DNA of 63,633 bases, the filler included, from Trichomonas gallinae (Eukaryota): the NCBI GenBank assembly GCA_008369845.1. It is 8 parts of 8 records of this genome, joined end to end, with 100 filler letters (N's around TTAATTAATTAA, not from the genome) between each part and the next. Parts side by side here need not be neighbours in the genome. Positions count along the whole stretch, not along the records: positions 20,613 to 25,745 come from MRSU01000458.1; positions 25,846 to 33,019 come from MRSU01000459.1; 6 more parts are not named here. The stretch is one strand, 5' to 3'. Under the pieces are notes generated by a model that was given only the letters and a program-made list of their open reading frames with translations, made no database searches and was not told where the DNA came from. The translations under genes and the position numbers were made by a program. Position 1 is the stretch's first letter, and each line of letters starts with the position of its first letter. Of this stretch, positions 22,286-32,802 are shown in pieces.

Positions 22286-23260
22286 ATGTCGAGTCTGAAA
22301 AATCAACTTGCTTTCCTGATAAAGGTCTCCATGAAGCCTAATAAGAACTGTCCGAACTGCATCATTTTGAACCAGGCAGAGACGATCATTGGGAGGAGGG
22401 GCGAAAATAAAGTTGATACTTCTAAAGGCAAAGAAATTTCTAAAAAACACTCTATGATCACTAGGCATATAAAATACTTCGATTGCTACTTTACAATAGA
22501 TGATTTGCATTCGATAAATGGTACCTTTGTCAATAATAGAAAAATAATACGGCAAGAATTAAACCACCAAGATCGAGTTATCTTCGGTGGTGGTAATCAA
22601 TATTATGTCGGGGATTACCTCAAGAACCCTCAAGAGCCAGAATGCATATTTATGTTTGTATATCCTGAGATTGAAGTTGATTTTTCACAGTGTAAGGACT
22701 TTAATGATGATTTCGAAGAACAGAATGAGAATGAAGAGTGTTGTGTCTGCTTTTCTGCAGCACATCGCATTAAAAAACTCGCTTGCGGACATTTTTGTTG
22801 TATGAACTGCTTAAACAAGTGGCACACAACATGTTCTGAGAAGCTAAAGACATTAACATGCCCCATATGTAGAGCTAAACTTCCTAAAGAAGATATCGGT
22901 CATGATTCAGCTGATATAGTTCATGGTATCCAGATTGTTCGTTCAATTGCCCCTCTTTGCAGAACATTAGGTGTCAAGAACGTTAAAGAGATCCAGGAGT
23001 TGTCGATAACCAAACGATGGACCCTTCAAAAGAAGGAAAAATTCTGGGATCTCCATGAAAAGATCTTCGAATTCCATAATTTGAGGCATTCATTCCATGC
23101 TTTGACCAACTGTTCATTGCAGACAATGATAAAATGCAATGAAATGGAAGCGAGAGCGGTCATCGAAAATCTCGATGGAAACTTGCGAAATCTTCCTAAT
23201 TCTCACTTGAGAGAGGCCATATATCTAACTGCAACGAAAGTAATGCACCTAACAGAATAA
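22286..23260 (+). CDS. FHA + RING-finger E3 ubiquitin ligase (CHFR/RNF8/Dma-like architecture)
   Basis: FHA motifs IIGR, ISKKHS and DDLHSINGTFVN; C3HC4 RING CCVC...CGHFCCMNC...CPICR. Confidence 0.9.
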   Translation: MSSLKNQLAFLIKVSMKPNKNCPNCIILNQAETIIGRRGENKVDTSKGKEISKKHSMITRHIKYFDCYFTIDDLHSINGTFVNNRKIIRQELNHQDRVIFGGGNQYYVGDYLKNPQEPECIFMFVYPEIEVDFSQCKDFNDDFEEQNENEECCVCFSAAHRIKKLACGHFCCMNCLNKWHTTCSEKLKTLTCPICRAKLPKEDIGHDSADIVHGIQIVRSIAPLCRTLGVKNVKEIQELSITKRWTLQKKEKFWDLHEKIFEFHNLRHSFHALTNCSLQTMIKCNEMEARAVIENLDGNLRNLPNSHLREAIYLTATKVMHLTE

Positions 23261-23764
23261 TATTATTTGTTTTCGATATATTATTTTGATATTATTATTA
23301 ATCTTGTTTGTATTATTAAACCACTTTGTGTTTTTAATGTTTCTTTCTATTTAAAAACCCATAATTCTTGGAAAATCTATTACGTAAAGTGTCAAAATGG
23401 CAAATTTTATCAAATTGTAAGTTCCGAATGAAAGATTTTTAAATCGCGTTAGGAATGAATATACTCTGTGATTGTTGTACAACGCAACTATGGGGTTTAG
23501 TGCCTCTATATTGTGCGGTGCAACATGTACAAATCCCATTAATTTTATTAATTGGGTACCATTAGTTAGAAGTCGTGTGACATATAAATTAACGTACATT
23601 TTGACAAGCAAAATTGGGTTTGAGCAATATCTTTATATTAATTCAGATCAGATATCAAGACATATAAACCATTACGGTTTGCTGTTTTACCTCCAACTAT
23701 AGTATTTAAATAATGAAATCTAAATTTGTCACTTTTTAGAAAATTTTGATGTCACTTTTCAGTA

Positions 23765-24252
23765 ATGGGGAATATTGTTGTTAAGATTATTACAACAATG
23801 GCCCTTTTATATGGATTGGGAATTTCGATGTATATTTAATTTCTAACAAACAGAACTCAGTTGTATGGTTTTATTTTCTAATAATCAGTCTTGAATTAGC
23901 AAAAAAAGATTTTTCTCCAAGTTTAACATTGACACTAGAACCAGTGAATAACTTGTTCGGTGCTACTATTAGTTCCTTACTTATCGCGTTCCTTTGTTTC
24001 TATTTAATTACAAATATTTATACTCCTATTGGAATAGATGCTCTATTTCCAATCGAAAGAAGCAGATGGTCTAAATTCGTGTTCAAAATATTCATTGCAG
24101 GATGCAGCTTCTTCTACTGCGGCCTTTATGGTGTAGTAGGTGCTGCAATCCTGTTTTTCGCAGCTTGTCTCGAATTGATCGTTGATTTCAACGCAAAACC
24201 ATCTGAAACTGATATAGATGATACTTTTGATGTTGAATTGGAGAATTTGTGA
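23765..24252 (+). CDS. Small multi-pass membrane protein, spliced: join(23765..23829,23854..23862,23889..24252), 145 aa
   Basis: Removing two GT-AG introns puts ATG 23765 in frame with the TTG-started ORF 23929-24252, giving MGNIVVKIITTMALLYGLGISITQFLELAKKDFSPSLTLTLEPVNN... An Inr-like GTCACTTTT lies just upstream of the ATG. Confidence 0.8.
23830..23853 (+). other. Short spliceosomal intron 1 (24 nt)
   Basis: GTATATTTAATTTCTAACAAACAG: GTA donor, CTAAC branch site close to the CAG acceptor, and an in-frame TAA if retained. Confidence 0.8.
23863..23888 (+). other. Short spliceosomal intron 2 (26 nt)
   Basis: GTATGGTTTTATTTTCTAATAATCAG: GTATG donor, CTAAT branch site at the same spacing to CAG. 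Its removal restores the frame. Confidence 0.8.
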
Positions 24253-24631
24253 ATTCGATATAAATCTTTTGTTTGTTTCTTTAATCAAATATGAAGCCAC
24301 TCAAATATTTACAACAACTAGATATATATTTTCTTCTTTAATTCATCAATTACACAAATATTTAATTTTGAACATTTTAATTTTGATTTGTTTGCTTATT
24401 GAACTATAAAGACTTATAGTATTGTGTAAAAATAACTATATGAACCAAAATAATAGTTGATTACCTATGATATTGATATTTTTCAAATTTTAAACCTTTA
24501 TTGACAATTTTCATTGATGAAATAGTTGCATTATCCTTCATTAACGCATATATATGTTCAAAATAAGAGTGTTCGCATAATAGTATTTAATCTAAACAAA
24601 TATAACAATATAATAGTATAATATAAACAAA

Positions 24632-25525
24632 TTAGAAGAATTTGGATTTTTTCTTCTTGTAGCCATGCTCTTCTTGGTATTTAAGGAAGAGGTCGAATAA
24701 AAATTGCTTGACATTTTTCGGTTTTTCTTTGAGAGTTGAATTTAGTGCGAATTCAACCATCTCTCGAACCTCTTTATGCTCGTTTACGAAATTTTCGGCA
24801 TCTTTTTTATTAATCGATGCATCAACTTTTGCAATGAAAGTTCCAAGTGGAATCAGGAAGAAACTTTTCTGCTTGCCTCTACTACGGTTTCCGATAGTGA
24901 AACCGATGCCTGGTGATAAAGGAGATAAATCATATGATGCAGGTGGGGGAGCGTCTCCATCACCATCAGGATACATCCAAACAGCGTGCCTTTTCGGGCC
25001 TGACATAGTGAATGCAGGAGCTCTACGTTTTACTGGTGTCACTTTATATTTTGGACCAGGACTTGCTGTTTCATCCTTTATTGGTATCTTAATGCCAATA
25101 GTTATTGGTTTGTTTTCAAAACTACTGTGAGTAAAGTAACTTGGCGTGAGGTTTTCGTTTGATGAATAAAAATGTTTTCCATCTCTTACACCGATTGATG
25201 TTTTAACGATTCGAGGGAATATTCTGTTGTTTATGAAGTCTATTTCTGATGTAATCGATCTTTCCTGGTATCTTGGTGTTTCAACAATTTTATGCGGAAT
25301 TCTTGTATCTTTTTCTGATGGCGGAGGATCATAGTCTCCTGGACCTGGCGTTATTTCTATCGGTGGCGGTGGTTTTCTTGGACATCCAATTTCGATTTTT
25401 GGGGTTTCTTTTGTAAAATCTTGTAATTCTTGGTAATATGGTATATCTAGCTTTGTCTCGACATTATGCTTCATTTTTTGGCGGCTGAAGCATGAAGGAG
25501 GACGAGCAACAACTTTGTTGCTCAT
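24632..25525 (-). CDS. SHIPPO/PGP-repeat (ODF3-like) flagellar protein with C-terminal Dpy-30/RIIa-like helix pair
   Basis: Repeats TPGPGDYDP, SPGPKY, APPPASYD with spacers APAFTM and GFTIG. C-terminal VREMVEFALNSTLKEKPKNVKQFLFDLF. Confidence 0.65.
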   Translation of the reverse strand: MSNKVVARPPSCFSRQKMKHNVETKLDIPYYQELQDFTKETPKIEIGCPRKPPPPIEITPGPGDYDPPPSEKDTRIPHKIVETPRYQERSITSEIDFINNRIFPRIVKTSIGVRDGKHFYSSNENLTPSYFTHSSFENKPITIGIKIPIKDETASPGPKYKVTPVKRRAPAFTMSGPKRHAVWMYPDGDGDAPPPASYDLSPLSPGIGFTIGNRSRGKQKSFFLIPLGTFIAKVDASINKKDAENFVNEHKEVREMVEFALNSTLKEKPKNVKQFLFDLFLKYQEEHGYKKKKSKFF

Positions 25526-25615
25526 TTTTTTGTAAAAATACGTTTTTAGTCATACATATGATTTCGCAGCTGTTTGCTGCTACTCTAGCTTTGTGCTTTA
25601 TATTTGTAGAGGTGT

Positions 25616-25667
25616 ACCAATGACGATAGAAATGACGTTAAAATCATAACGGTCCTAGAACTGAGGT
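25616..25667 (+). ncRNA. Candidate box C/D snoRNA
   Basis: ACC/GGT terminal stem around a C-like box ATGACGA (25620-25626) and D box CTGA (25661-25664), then T5. Short, with a non-consensus C box. Confidence 0.3.
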
Positions 25668-25845
25668 CTTTTTGGAGCACAGAAATGCTTTAAGGCCGCA
25701 TTCTTGTGACCAATATATGAATCACTCCTGTGTGCATCGACTAGCNNNNNNNNNNNNNNNNNNNNNNNNNNNNNNNNNNNNNNNNNNNNTTAATTAATTA
25801 ANNNNNNNNNNNNNNNNNNNNNNNNNNNNNNNNNNNNNNNNNNNN

Positions 25846-25916
25846 TGGGGTTCGAACCCAGGCCCTCGCGGACCAGTGCCTTAAACTGGCGCCTTAGACC
25901 ACTCGGCCAAATGACC
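25846..25916 (-). tRNA. tRNA-Leu(AAG), 3' end cut by the gap
   Basis: GGTCATTTGGCCGAGTGGTCTAAGGCG CCAGT-TTAAGGC-ACTGG, long variable arm, GGGTTCGAACCC T-arm. Confidence 0.95.
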
Positions 25917-27113
25917 TTGACGATTCTCTCAATTATTTTAATTATATAACAAAAACCTCTGGAAAATTCAACTTTGTAAGCTGTATAAATATTCACACCT
26001 GATTGGTATGAAAAGCAACCATTTGATTAGTTATAGCGTATATTTTTGTGTAATTGATTTCTCTTGGTAATATTTTCCAAATTTTTTCATAATTCTCAAA
26101 TTTAGTTTTTGAAGGCCAAAATCGATTTACATCACAGAGATATAAATTCACATGCAATAGAAATTCTTTAATTTTTATATTTTTGATCAAAAAAAGTCGT
26201 ATTCAGAAAATGATTTCGGACTAATCCCGGTATAAATGATTTAAAATGAGTCGTAACGATTTGGTTTAGATAAAATTTGATCAAAAAAAATATTTTCAAT
26301 TTTAAATCCGTGAAATTTTCAGCCAACATTGGGGTGTTAGTTTTACAAATATTTAGTAAATAGTTTTCTCAATAGTAATTTGTTCCAAGACGAATATTCA
26401 GTTGAATCTCCTTTCATATTGAGCTCAAAATATAGAAAACGATGATTGTCGATGTCAATAAATGATAGTTGATAAGTTGGCAATTGCGATTATGATACTC
26501 TTATGTGCCTATATTAGCGAAATTAATTATTTTTGAATTCTAATCACACATAAAATTGGCTGATAATTAGCCAATAGGTTCTGTTACATGCATAAATCAT
26601 AAAAGTAGAACGATTTAACGCATACACCAGTATTCATAACTAAATCTAAAAAATATCGTTTACTCAGAAAAAATAAAATTCCCGATAGATAAAACTAATC
26701 TTTTGAGGATTGAAAAACCATTTGAGGGAGTTATCAGGCCATTCATTCAAACTGTGATAAAGTGTTGGATTCCTATCGTTAAAAACACTCTTGAGACCAA
26801 AATTTGGTATAAATGACTACGTTCATTGGATAGATAGCATTATTTCGAAATTTCAAAAAAGATCTAAAAAAAATTTTGCCAATAATGTCTAAAACATATT
26901 TATTTCTGCTGCAAACTCTATATACATTAATATTATCTCCTTGAAAAGCTCACACAAATGATTCTTTTGAATTTTCCGCCAATTCATCGTAAAATATTAT
27001 CACATACAAACTCTAATGCATTTTTATCACTATTTTAAATTCAATGCTTTTCTTTGTGAAGTCAACTACACAATCAAAATTTAACGATGTGATTCACTTC
27101 ATTTTTTCGAAGA

Positions 27114-27371
27114 ATGTCTTCTACACACAACGCCAACGCCGCTTCTAGAAAGATCGCTGCCCTCCACGCTGCTGAGGAAGCTGAAAAGAACCCACACGTT
27201 CACGAGCACGGCGCTGACCCACTCCACAGCGCTCACAAGGAAGCCGTTGTCAAGAAGGCTCCAGTTGCCCACGGTCACTCCGGCGGCAAGCCAGCTGCTA
27301 AGCCAGCTGAGGGCGACAAGAAGGATGCTGCCCCAGCCGCTGCCGCTAAGCCAGCTGACAAGAAGAAATAA
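27114..27371 (+). CDS. Small disordered Ala/Lys/His/Pro-rich protein (85 aa)
   Basis: Strong bias to GCT/GCC/AAG/CAC/CCA codons, suggesting high expression. Tandem initiators TCACT-TCATT just upstream; stop embedded in TAAA. Confidence 0.85.
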   Translation: MSSTHNANAASRKIAALHAAEEAEKNPHVHEHGADPLHSAHKEAVVKKAPVAHGHSGGKPAAKPAEGDKKDAAPAAAAKPADKKK

Positions 27372-27382
27372 ATTTCTTTAGA

Positions 27383-27476
27383 CCAATCTACAATTGACTA
27401 ATTTTAGATTGGCACCACAAGTATCCTAACGGATTGATGGATACTCGTGGTGTTAATCATGAAAAAAAAAAAAAAA
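27383..27476. other. Two abutting hairpins followed by A15
   Basis: CCAATCTA-c-AATT/gact/AATT-t-TAGATTGG (27383-27412); CACCAC-a-AGTATCC/12 nt/GGATACT-c-GTGGTG (27413-27452); A15 at 27462-27476. Confidence 0.8.
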
Positions 27477-28167
27477 TACTAAACAATAATTGTAATTATC
27501 TTCATCATTTTTATTAGTTTAAATGAAATTACCAATATAAATATACTCTAAGATTATTGGCACATTATTCTCGACCTTCAACTATTAGCAACTGCCGTGC
27601 TTGATCAATAAATTTTGATGCAAGAAAACTGTTTGACCGAAGATACGTGTTTATTTATATGTAATATTGTTCTTATTCAATTGCAAAAGATCATATTCTT
27701 TGTAGAGCGTCACCTTTCGATTTTTTCAATTTGGTCGAATGAAATTAATCAAAATATCATAAAATAATATCAGCAATGATTTACTGTATTACTTTCTATT
27801 TTATTCCTATATGTTATGGCCCAGTTTATAATAGTTTTCTTATGAAAATTGAATTACTTCAATGCATATCATTCTATTTATTATTCTCTTTTTTTCATCG
27901 ATTGTAATCAAATACCAATGTTGTGAAGCCTCTTTGAAATCAGATGAATCATCGATAATATTATTTCATTGAATACAACACAGAAATCTTAATTTTATCC
28001 TTAAAATCAATATAATAATTTAATAAATTACTTGCTCTTTCTATATTTTGTTAAAAAAAAAATTCGAATTCAATATTTCATCCAAAACATGGTTTGATAA
28101 TGCAAAGTTCAATTGTGTTTATAATAGATAAAAGAAAGTTGTTTATAATATAACATTAAAGATTTAT

Positions 28168-29658
28168 TTATAAAGTTTCTTCCTCTTTGTTGTCCTGGTC
28201 GAGGAGCTCAGCAACGTGCTCAACGAACGCGTTGAAAAGCTCTGATGATCCGGCGCAAAGATGTAACTCTAAGACGCATCCATCACCAGATCTATAAGAA
28301 CCGACCTCAATGTATGTTTCTCTGTCCTCACCTCGAAGAAGGATGGTGAAGTCATCTGGATGGAGGTAGCGCATTCCCATAGCGTTTGCTGCACGCTGGC
28401 ACGCGAGCATTGCGTCGCTTTGTTCGATGTTTTCGTGCTGAAGTGTTTGGTCGATTAAAACTTCAGGGGACTGAGCCTGGAAGCTATCCCAGTCAGGGCG
28501 AACAGCGAGAGACATAGGTCCTTGGTTGGGAACAGATTGAGGCGAGTCTGTCATTCTGTGGAATGGTCCGATACCATTTACGAAAGCTTGTTTCGCTGGC
28601 TCGCATTCTATGCCTGCATCTTCAACACCATTGTCTCCATCCCAGTTTAGCTGGTCTATAGCGATCATATTCGTCGCCATTCTGTAAAATACTTTTGATA
28701 ATGCTGGTGTGTCGCTTTTGAGCTCGCTAAGAAGAGCTTGAGTATCTGTATAACCGATCTTGTAAAGTATTTCGAGAATTTGAGAGTTTAGTGCTGATTC
28801 CGGAATTGGCTCTGTGAAATTAGGAGTTGGTGGAGGAGCTGGGAGGACGTATTCTGGATTTAGATTCGATCTGAATATCGGTGATGCTTTGATTTGTGCA
28901 ATTGTGAATCTATTTGAGGGATCAATTTGCAACATTCCGTTAATCAACGCTTTCGCTTCAGGAGAGAATGTCTTAGGCATAGAATAGACGCCACGCTTAA
29001 CTTTGGCGAGAAGATTTCTAATATTTGGATCGTCGAAAGGTAAATAACCGGCCATTAATGCGTAGAAGATTACGCCGCAGCTCCATATGTCTGCCTTCTT
29101 GCCTTCGTAAGGCTGACCACGAATAACTTCAGGAGCCGCATAGTGTGGCGATCCACATGATGTTTCTGCGATATTTGATTGAACGAAGCGTGCGAAACCG
29201 AAATCAGCGATTTTTATATTGTAATTAGCATCTAATAAGATATTTTCTGGTTTCAAGTCTCTATGACAGATCCCGAGCGAATGAAGATATTCTAATCCGT
29301 AAATAATCTGTCTAAAGAATTTGACTGCCTCATCTTGTGGCAAAAACCTTTTTTGAACCAGGTAATCGAATAATTCGCCTTTAGAAGAATATTCTGTGAT
29401 AATGTACAAATGTCTTGGTGATTCAAGTACTTCGACTAAACCTAAAATGTGTGGATGATCTATCAGCTTCATAAGAGATATTTCTCTTTGTATTTTCTGG
29501 TTTAAATTCGGTTTTTGCTCGAACGAACTCTTTTTGATAATTTTTATCGCGACTTCTTGGTCATTTTTGGTGTTCACTGCAAGTTTCACTTTGCCACTGA
29601 TGCCTTGGCCGATGGTTCTTATTAATTTATAGTCGCCAATCATCTGGTTTTCTTCCAT
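28168..29658 (-). CDS. CAMK-group Ser/Thr kinase, AMPK-related (BRSK/Gin4-like)
   Basis: IGQGISGKV, VAIKII, HRDLKPEN, DFG, ETSCGSPHYAAPE, DIWSCG. Confidence 0.95.
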   Translation of the reverse strand: MEENQMIGDYKLIRTIGQGISGKVKLAVNTKNDQEVAIKIIKKSSFEQKPNLNQKIQREISLMKLIDHPHILGLVEVLESPRHLYIITEYSSKGELFDYLVQKRFLPQDEAVKFFRQIIYGLEYLHSLGICHRDLKPENILLDANYNIKIADFGFARFVQSNIAETSCGSPHYAAPEVIRGQPYEGKKADIWSCGVIFYALMAGYLPFDDPNIRNLLAKVKRGVYSMPKTFSPEAKALINGMLQIDPSNRFTIAQIKASPIFRSNLNPEYVLPAPPPTPNFTEPIPESALNSQILEILYKIGYTDTQALLSELKSDTPALSKVFYRMATNMIAIDQLNWDGDNGVEDAGIECEPAKQAFVNGIGPFHRMTDSPQSVPNQGPMSLAVRPDWDSFQAQSPEVLIDQTLQHENIEQSDAMLACQRAANAMGMRYLHPDDFTILLRGEDRETYIEVGSYRSGDGCVLELHLCAGSSELFNAFVEHVAELLDQDNKEEETL

Positions 29659-31376
29659 GTTTGCTTTTACTACACTTTGTTCACTTCATTTTTACTTTAT
29701 TTAATTAGCATAACATGCTTATACCATGCATATTCAATATTTTTAGTCCAAACACGATAATAATTTTATACATTGTTTGATCGGTTTCATTCAAAATCGT
29801 TATCAACATTATTATATAACACAAAAAATACAACTATAAACAGAAACATACATTGAAGTGATAGAACCATATTAATTTTGTCAGACCCTATGATTTTGGA
29901 GCGTGAGAAAAGTGACATTTTTTTCGATATCAATTTCCATTAAGAAATATAGTTCATCATTAAGGACTAGCCGGGATGTAACATTATTTCAAAACTACAA
30001 TCAAATTTCCAGCTTAAAGCTACTTTTTAGAACGATTTAGAGCCATTTCTCGATACGATATTTCAAAGGTAAGTATTGTCTCATGTACAGAAGACAATGA
30101 ACCTATTAAATTTGAAAAATAGACTTTTTAAAAGAGGGGCTTACACCAAAAAGAGATAATTTTCAATATTTGACACTTTACGTGGCGGAAATCTGAGCAT
30201 ACAGATATCTTGTGCACTAATTTCTAGTCTACACTGTTGTTATATTGTAGTGCCTGAAACAATAATGGATCCTGGGGTAGTTTAGTGATATCTTCCACAA
30301 AAATGAATAATATTTCGATCCAAAATGGATTGTACAAGCGCAAACACATTTGAAAATTATGACATGTAATTAGAAAGCAGTCATATATAGTCAGAATATC
30401 TATTCTCTGATGTATCTGATCTTCTATTAGTATCTTTTTATTGTATTTCTGCAACCCATCGTTGGAGTTTTCATAAACAAAAATAAATTGTTAAATATAA
30501 AAGTTCAGATGACCTAGATGATATTAAAAATACTATAGATCTCAACAATATTTAAAAGAATTTGAGATTTAATGATTGTCTTAATAATGAAAATAAAGAT
30601 GGAATTGGAATATGTATATAAAAATATAAATATATGACTATCAAAAATGTCAATTAGTTGATTTAAAAATTTAATGAGATGCCGAAAAAACATAGTAAAT
30701 GTAAAATATCTCTATAATGAATATATATAAATTTATTTTTAATGCAAAATCAAATAAACTAAACCATGGGAAAAACAAATTTTGGAAAATTCTTGTAATT
30801 TTAAATTAAAAACAACATCATAGAAATACATACAAATGTACTGTTGCCATGAGCAATAATTTAGACTATGAAATTTTTTGAATATTCAATTGAGAAAGTT
30901 TTTTTTCCCTGATTGAAAAATTTGAACTGCTTCATGAAGCGGTTTTTGTTTGATGCTTAGCTCCATATGATATATCTATAATCAAATCATCAAAAATTAG
31001 GCATTTTTTCTAAATTCAACTTTTTGTATACAATATATAATTTCTCCTATATAAATATTCGATTTTCGAAAATTATACAAAAATATTCAATTTGTAAAAA
31101 AATCGAATAAACATTCTCTATCGACTAATTGCGACAAGTATTTTTCGATTTTCACTTTCATTTCTGCACTCAAAAAATTTAGAATTAGAAGCCATATAAA
31201 ATCAGTATAGTATATTGATTTCATTTTTGGATTGATTTATTAATTTCTGAGACTTTAATAATAATTTGTGAGGATTATTTTCATTTTGAGAAGATAATTC
31301 AATTTTTGAATGTCTTCAAACAAATAATTTGTGCGAAGGTAATTCAATGTGTTTTTAATATTATTATCTTCACGCA

Positions 31377-31997
31377 ATGGCGGAAGAATTGTCTGTCCCC
31401 ACACCATCAAACAAGATCCTTATTAATATCTATTATCCAGGCAAGTGGGTGCTGAAAGTTAATGTGTTGGAAACGGCTACAAGTCACGATGTTAAAAAAT
31501 TTATCAAAGATAGTCAAGTCGAGTTACTATACAATGGCGAGATTTTAAACAGATCTCACGATTTTAAATTCTATGGGCTCAAGCAAGAAGACGTATTAGT
31601 CATTATTCCAAAGTCTAGCAAAATAATCGGAATTTGTCAAAATTTACAGAATCTCGGCATGGATGAAGAATCATTCAGAGAGAGTATTTCTACTGTCATC
31701 GATCCTAAGATATCAGAAGAGGCAGGAAGGATCAGGGATATTCAGCTTTGCAAACTTGAAAGCAAACCAACATATTTCCGCAAGTTTTTAAGCGCTTATC
31801 AAGATGATTCATTGCTTGCACCACAGAAGAGTATCCAAACATTCATTCCAATACGTACAAAATTCTCACAACCATGTACAGCTCCATTACCACCTTTCTG
31901 GTCTGAGAATTCAGTTCCGAAGCCACAGATTAAGCCGTTTACTACAGAGCCACTTACACAACTCAAGAGTGAGGAAGCTCAGGTTGCTGATGATTAG
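31377..31997 (+). CDS. Hypothetical protein with N-terminal ubiquitin-like fold
   Basis: LLYNGEILNRSHDFKFYGLKQEDVLVII resembles the ubiquitin-like LIFxGKxLxDxxTLxDYGI motif. Confidence 0.6.
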   Translation: MAEELSVPTPSNKILINIYYPGKWVLKVNVLETATSHDVKKFIKDSQVELLYNGEILNRSHDFKFYGLKQEDVLVIIPKSSKIIGICQNLQNLGMDEESFRESISTVIDPKISEEAGRIRDIQLCKLESKPTYFRKFLSAYQDDSLLAPQKSIQTFIPIRTKFSQPCTAPLPPFWSENSVPKPQIKPFTTEPLTQLKSEEAQVADD

Positions 31998-32802
31998 GTA
32001 TTTTACAGTGTTATTTTATCATATCTTGTGATTTTTGTATAAATTTTGTTTTGTGTTTTGTTTATTCATTCCTAAACTTTTAATCCGGATTAATTCCAGT
32101 TTTGACGCCTGCCAGATTGTCAAAATATATTTTTCAAAAGGCTTGAGTTCGATTACAGATCGGTAAACTTTTCCTTTTTAGATTTTGAATTTCTTTATCG
32201 TCGACGTCGTTTTTAATTCTCATTTTTTAATCTCTAGACCTTCAAGAAACTTCAAAATTTTAGAAAAATTAAGTCGTTTCCAATCGATCATACATGTATG
32301 AGACCTAGACTATGCTTCTACAAAAAAAATTAATCCTTATTTCTACGAATTTCATGATTCCATCCAAAAATTCATATCATAAACCATTTTATATTAGTAG
32401 TATAACAAGTTACTCCTGCGCATGTCTTGGCTTTTGTTGTTGTTAAGGAATATTATAAAATGATAGTTTTTGTTGCTTTGTAAATGTTTTATGAAATTTA
32501 CAAAAGTGTCAATACATTTTTGATAGAATTTACAACCGGAAATTTTTCTTTGATTTTATAAGATACAAATTATACATCATTATGACTTTCAAAATATCCT
32601 AGAAAAATTAAAGTGTTTCTCTCAAATTTTTTTTCGTGAAAGTGCGACATCCTAAATATAGAGTGCGAATTAAATTACACTCTCACCCAAAGCACTTTTT
32701 TGCAGCATGGTATACCTAAGAAGGTGTAAATTATCTAGACTCATTTTGAGGATGATAATATATTATGAGCGCATAGAAAACAATGAAGGTGCAAGCACAC
32801 CC

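Noticed and set aside
25646..25657. ATAACGGTCCTA matching bacterial 23S rRNA / the I-CeuI site
   Set aside because: Only 12 nt with no flanking rRNA similarity; compatible with chance.
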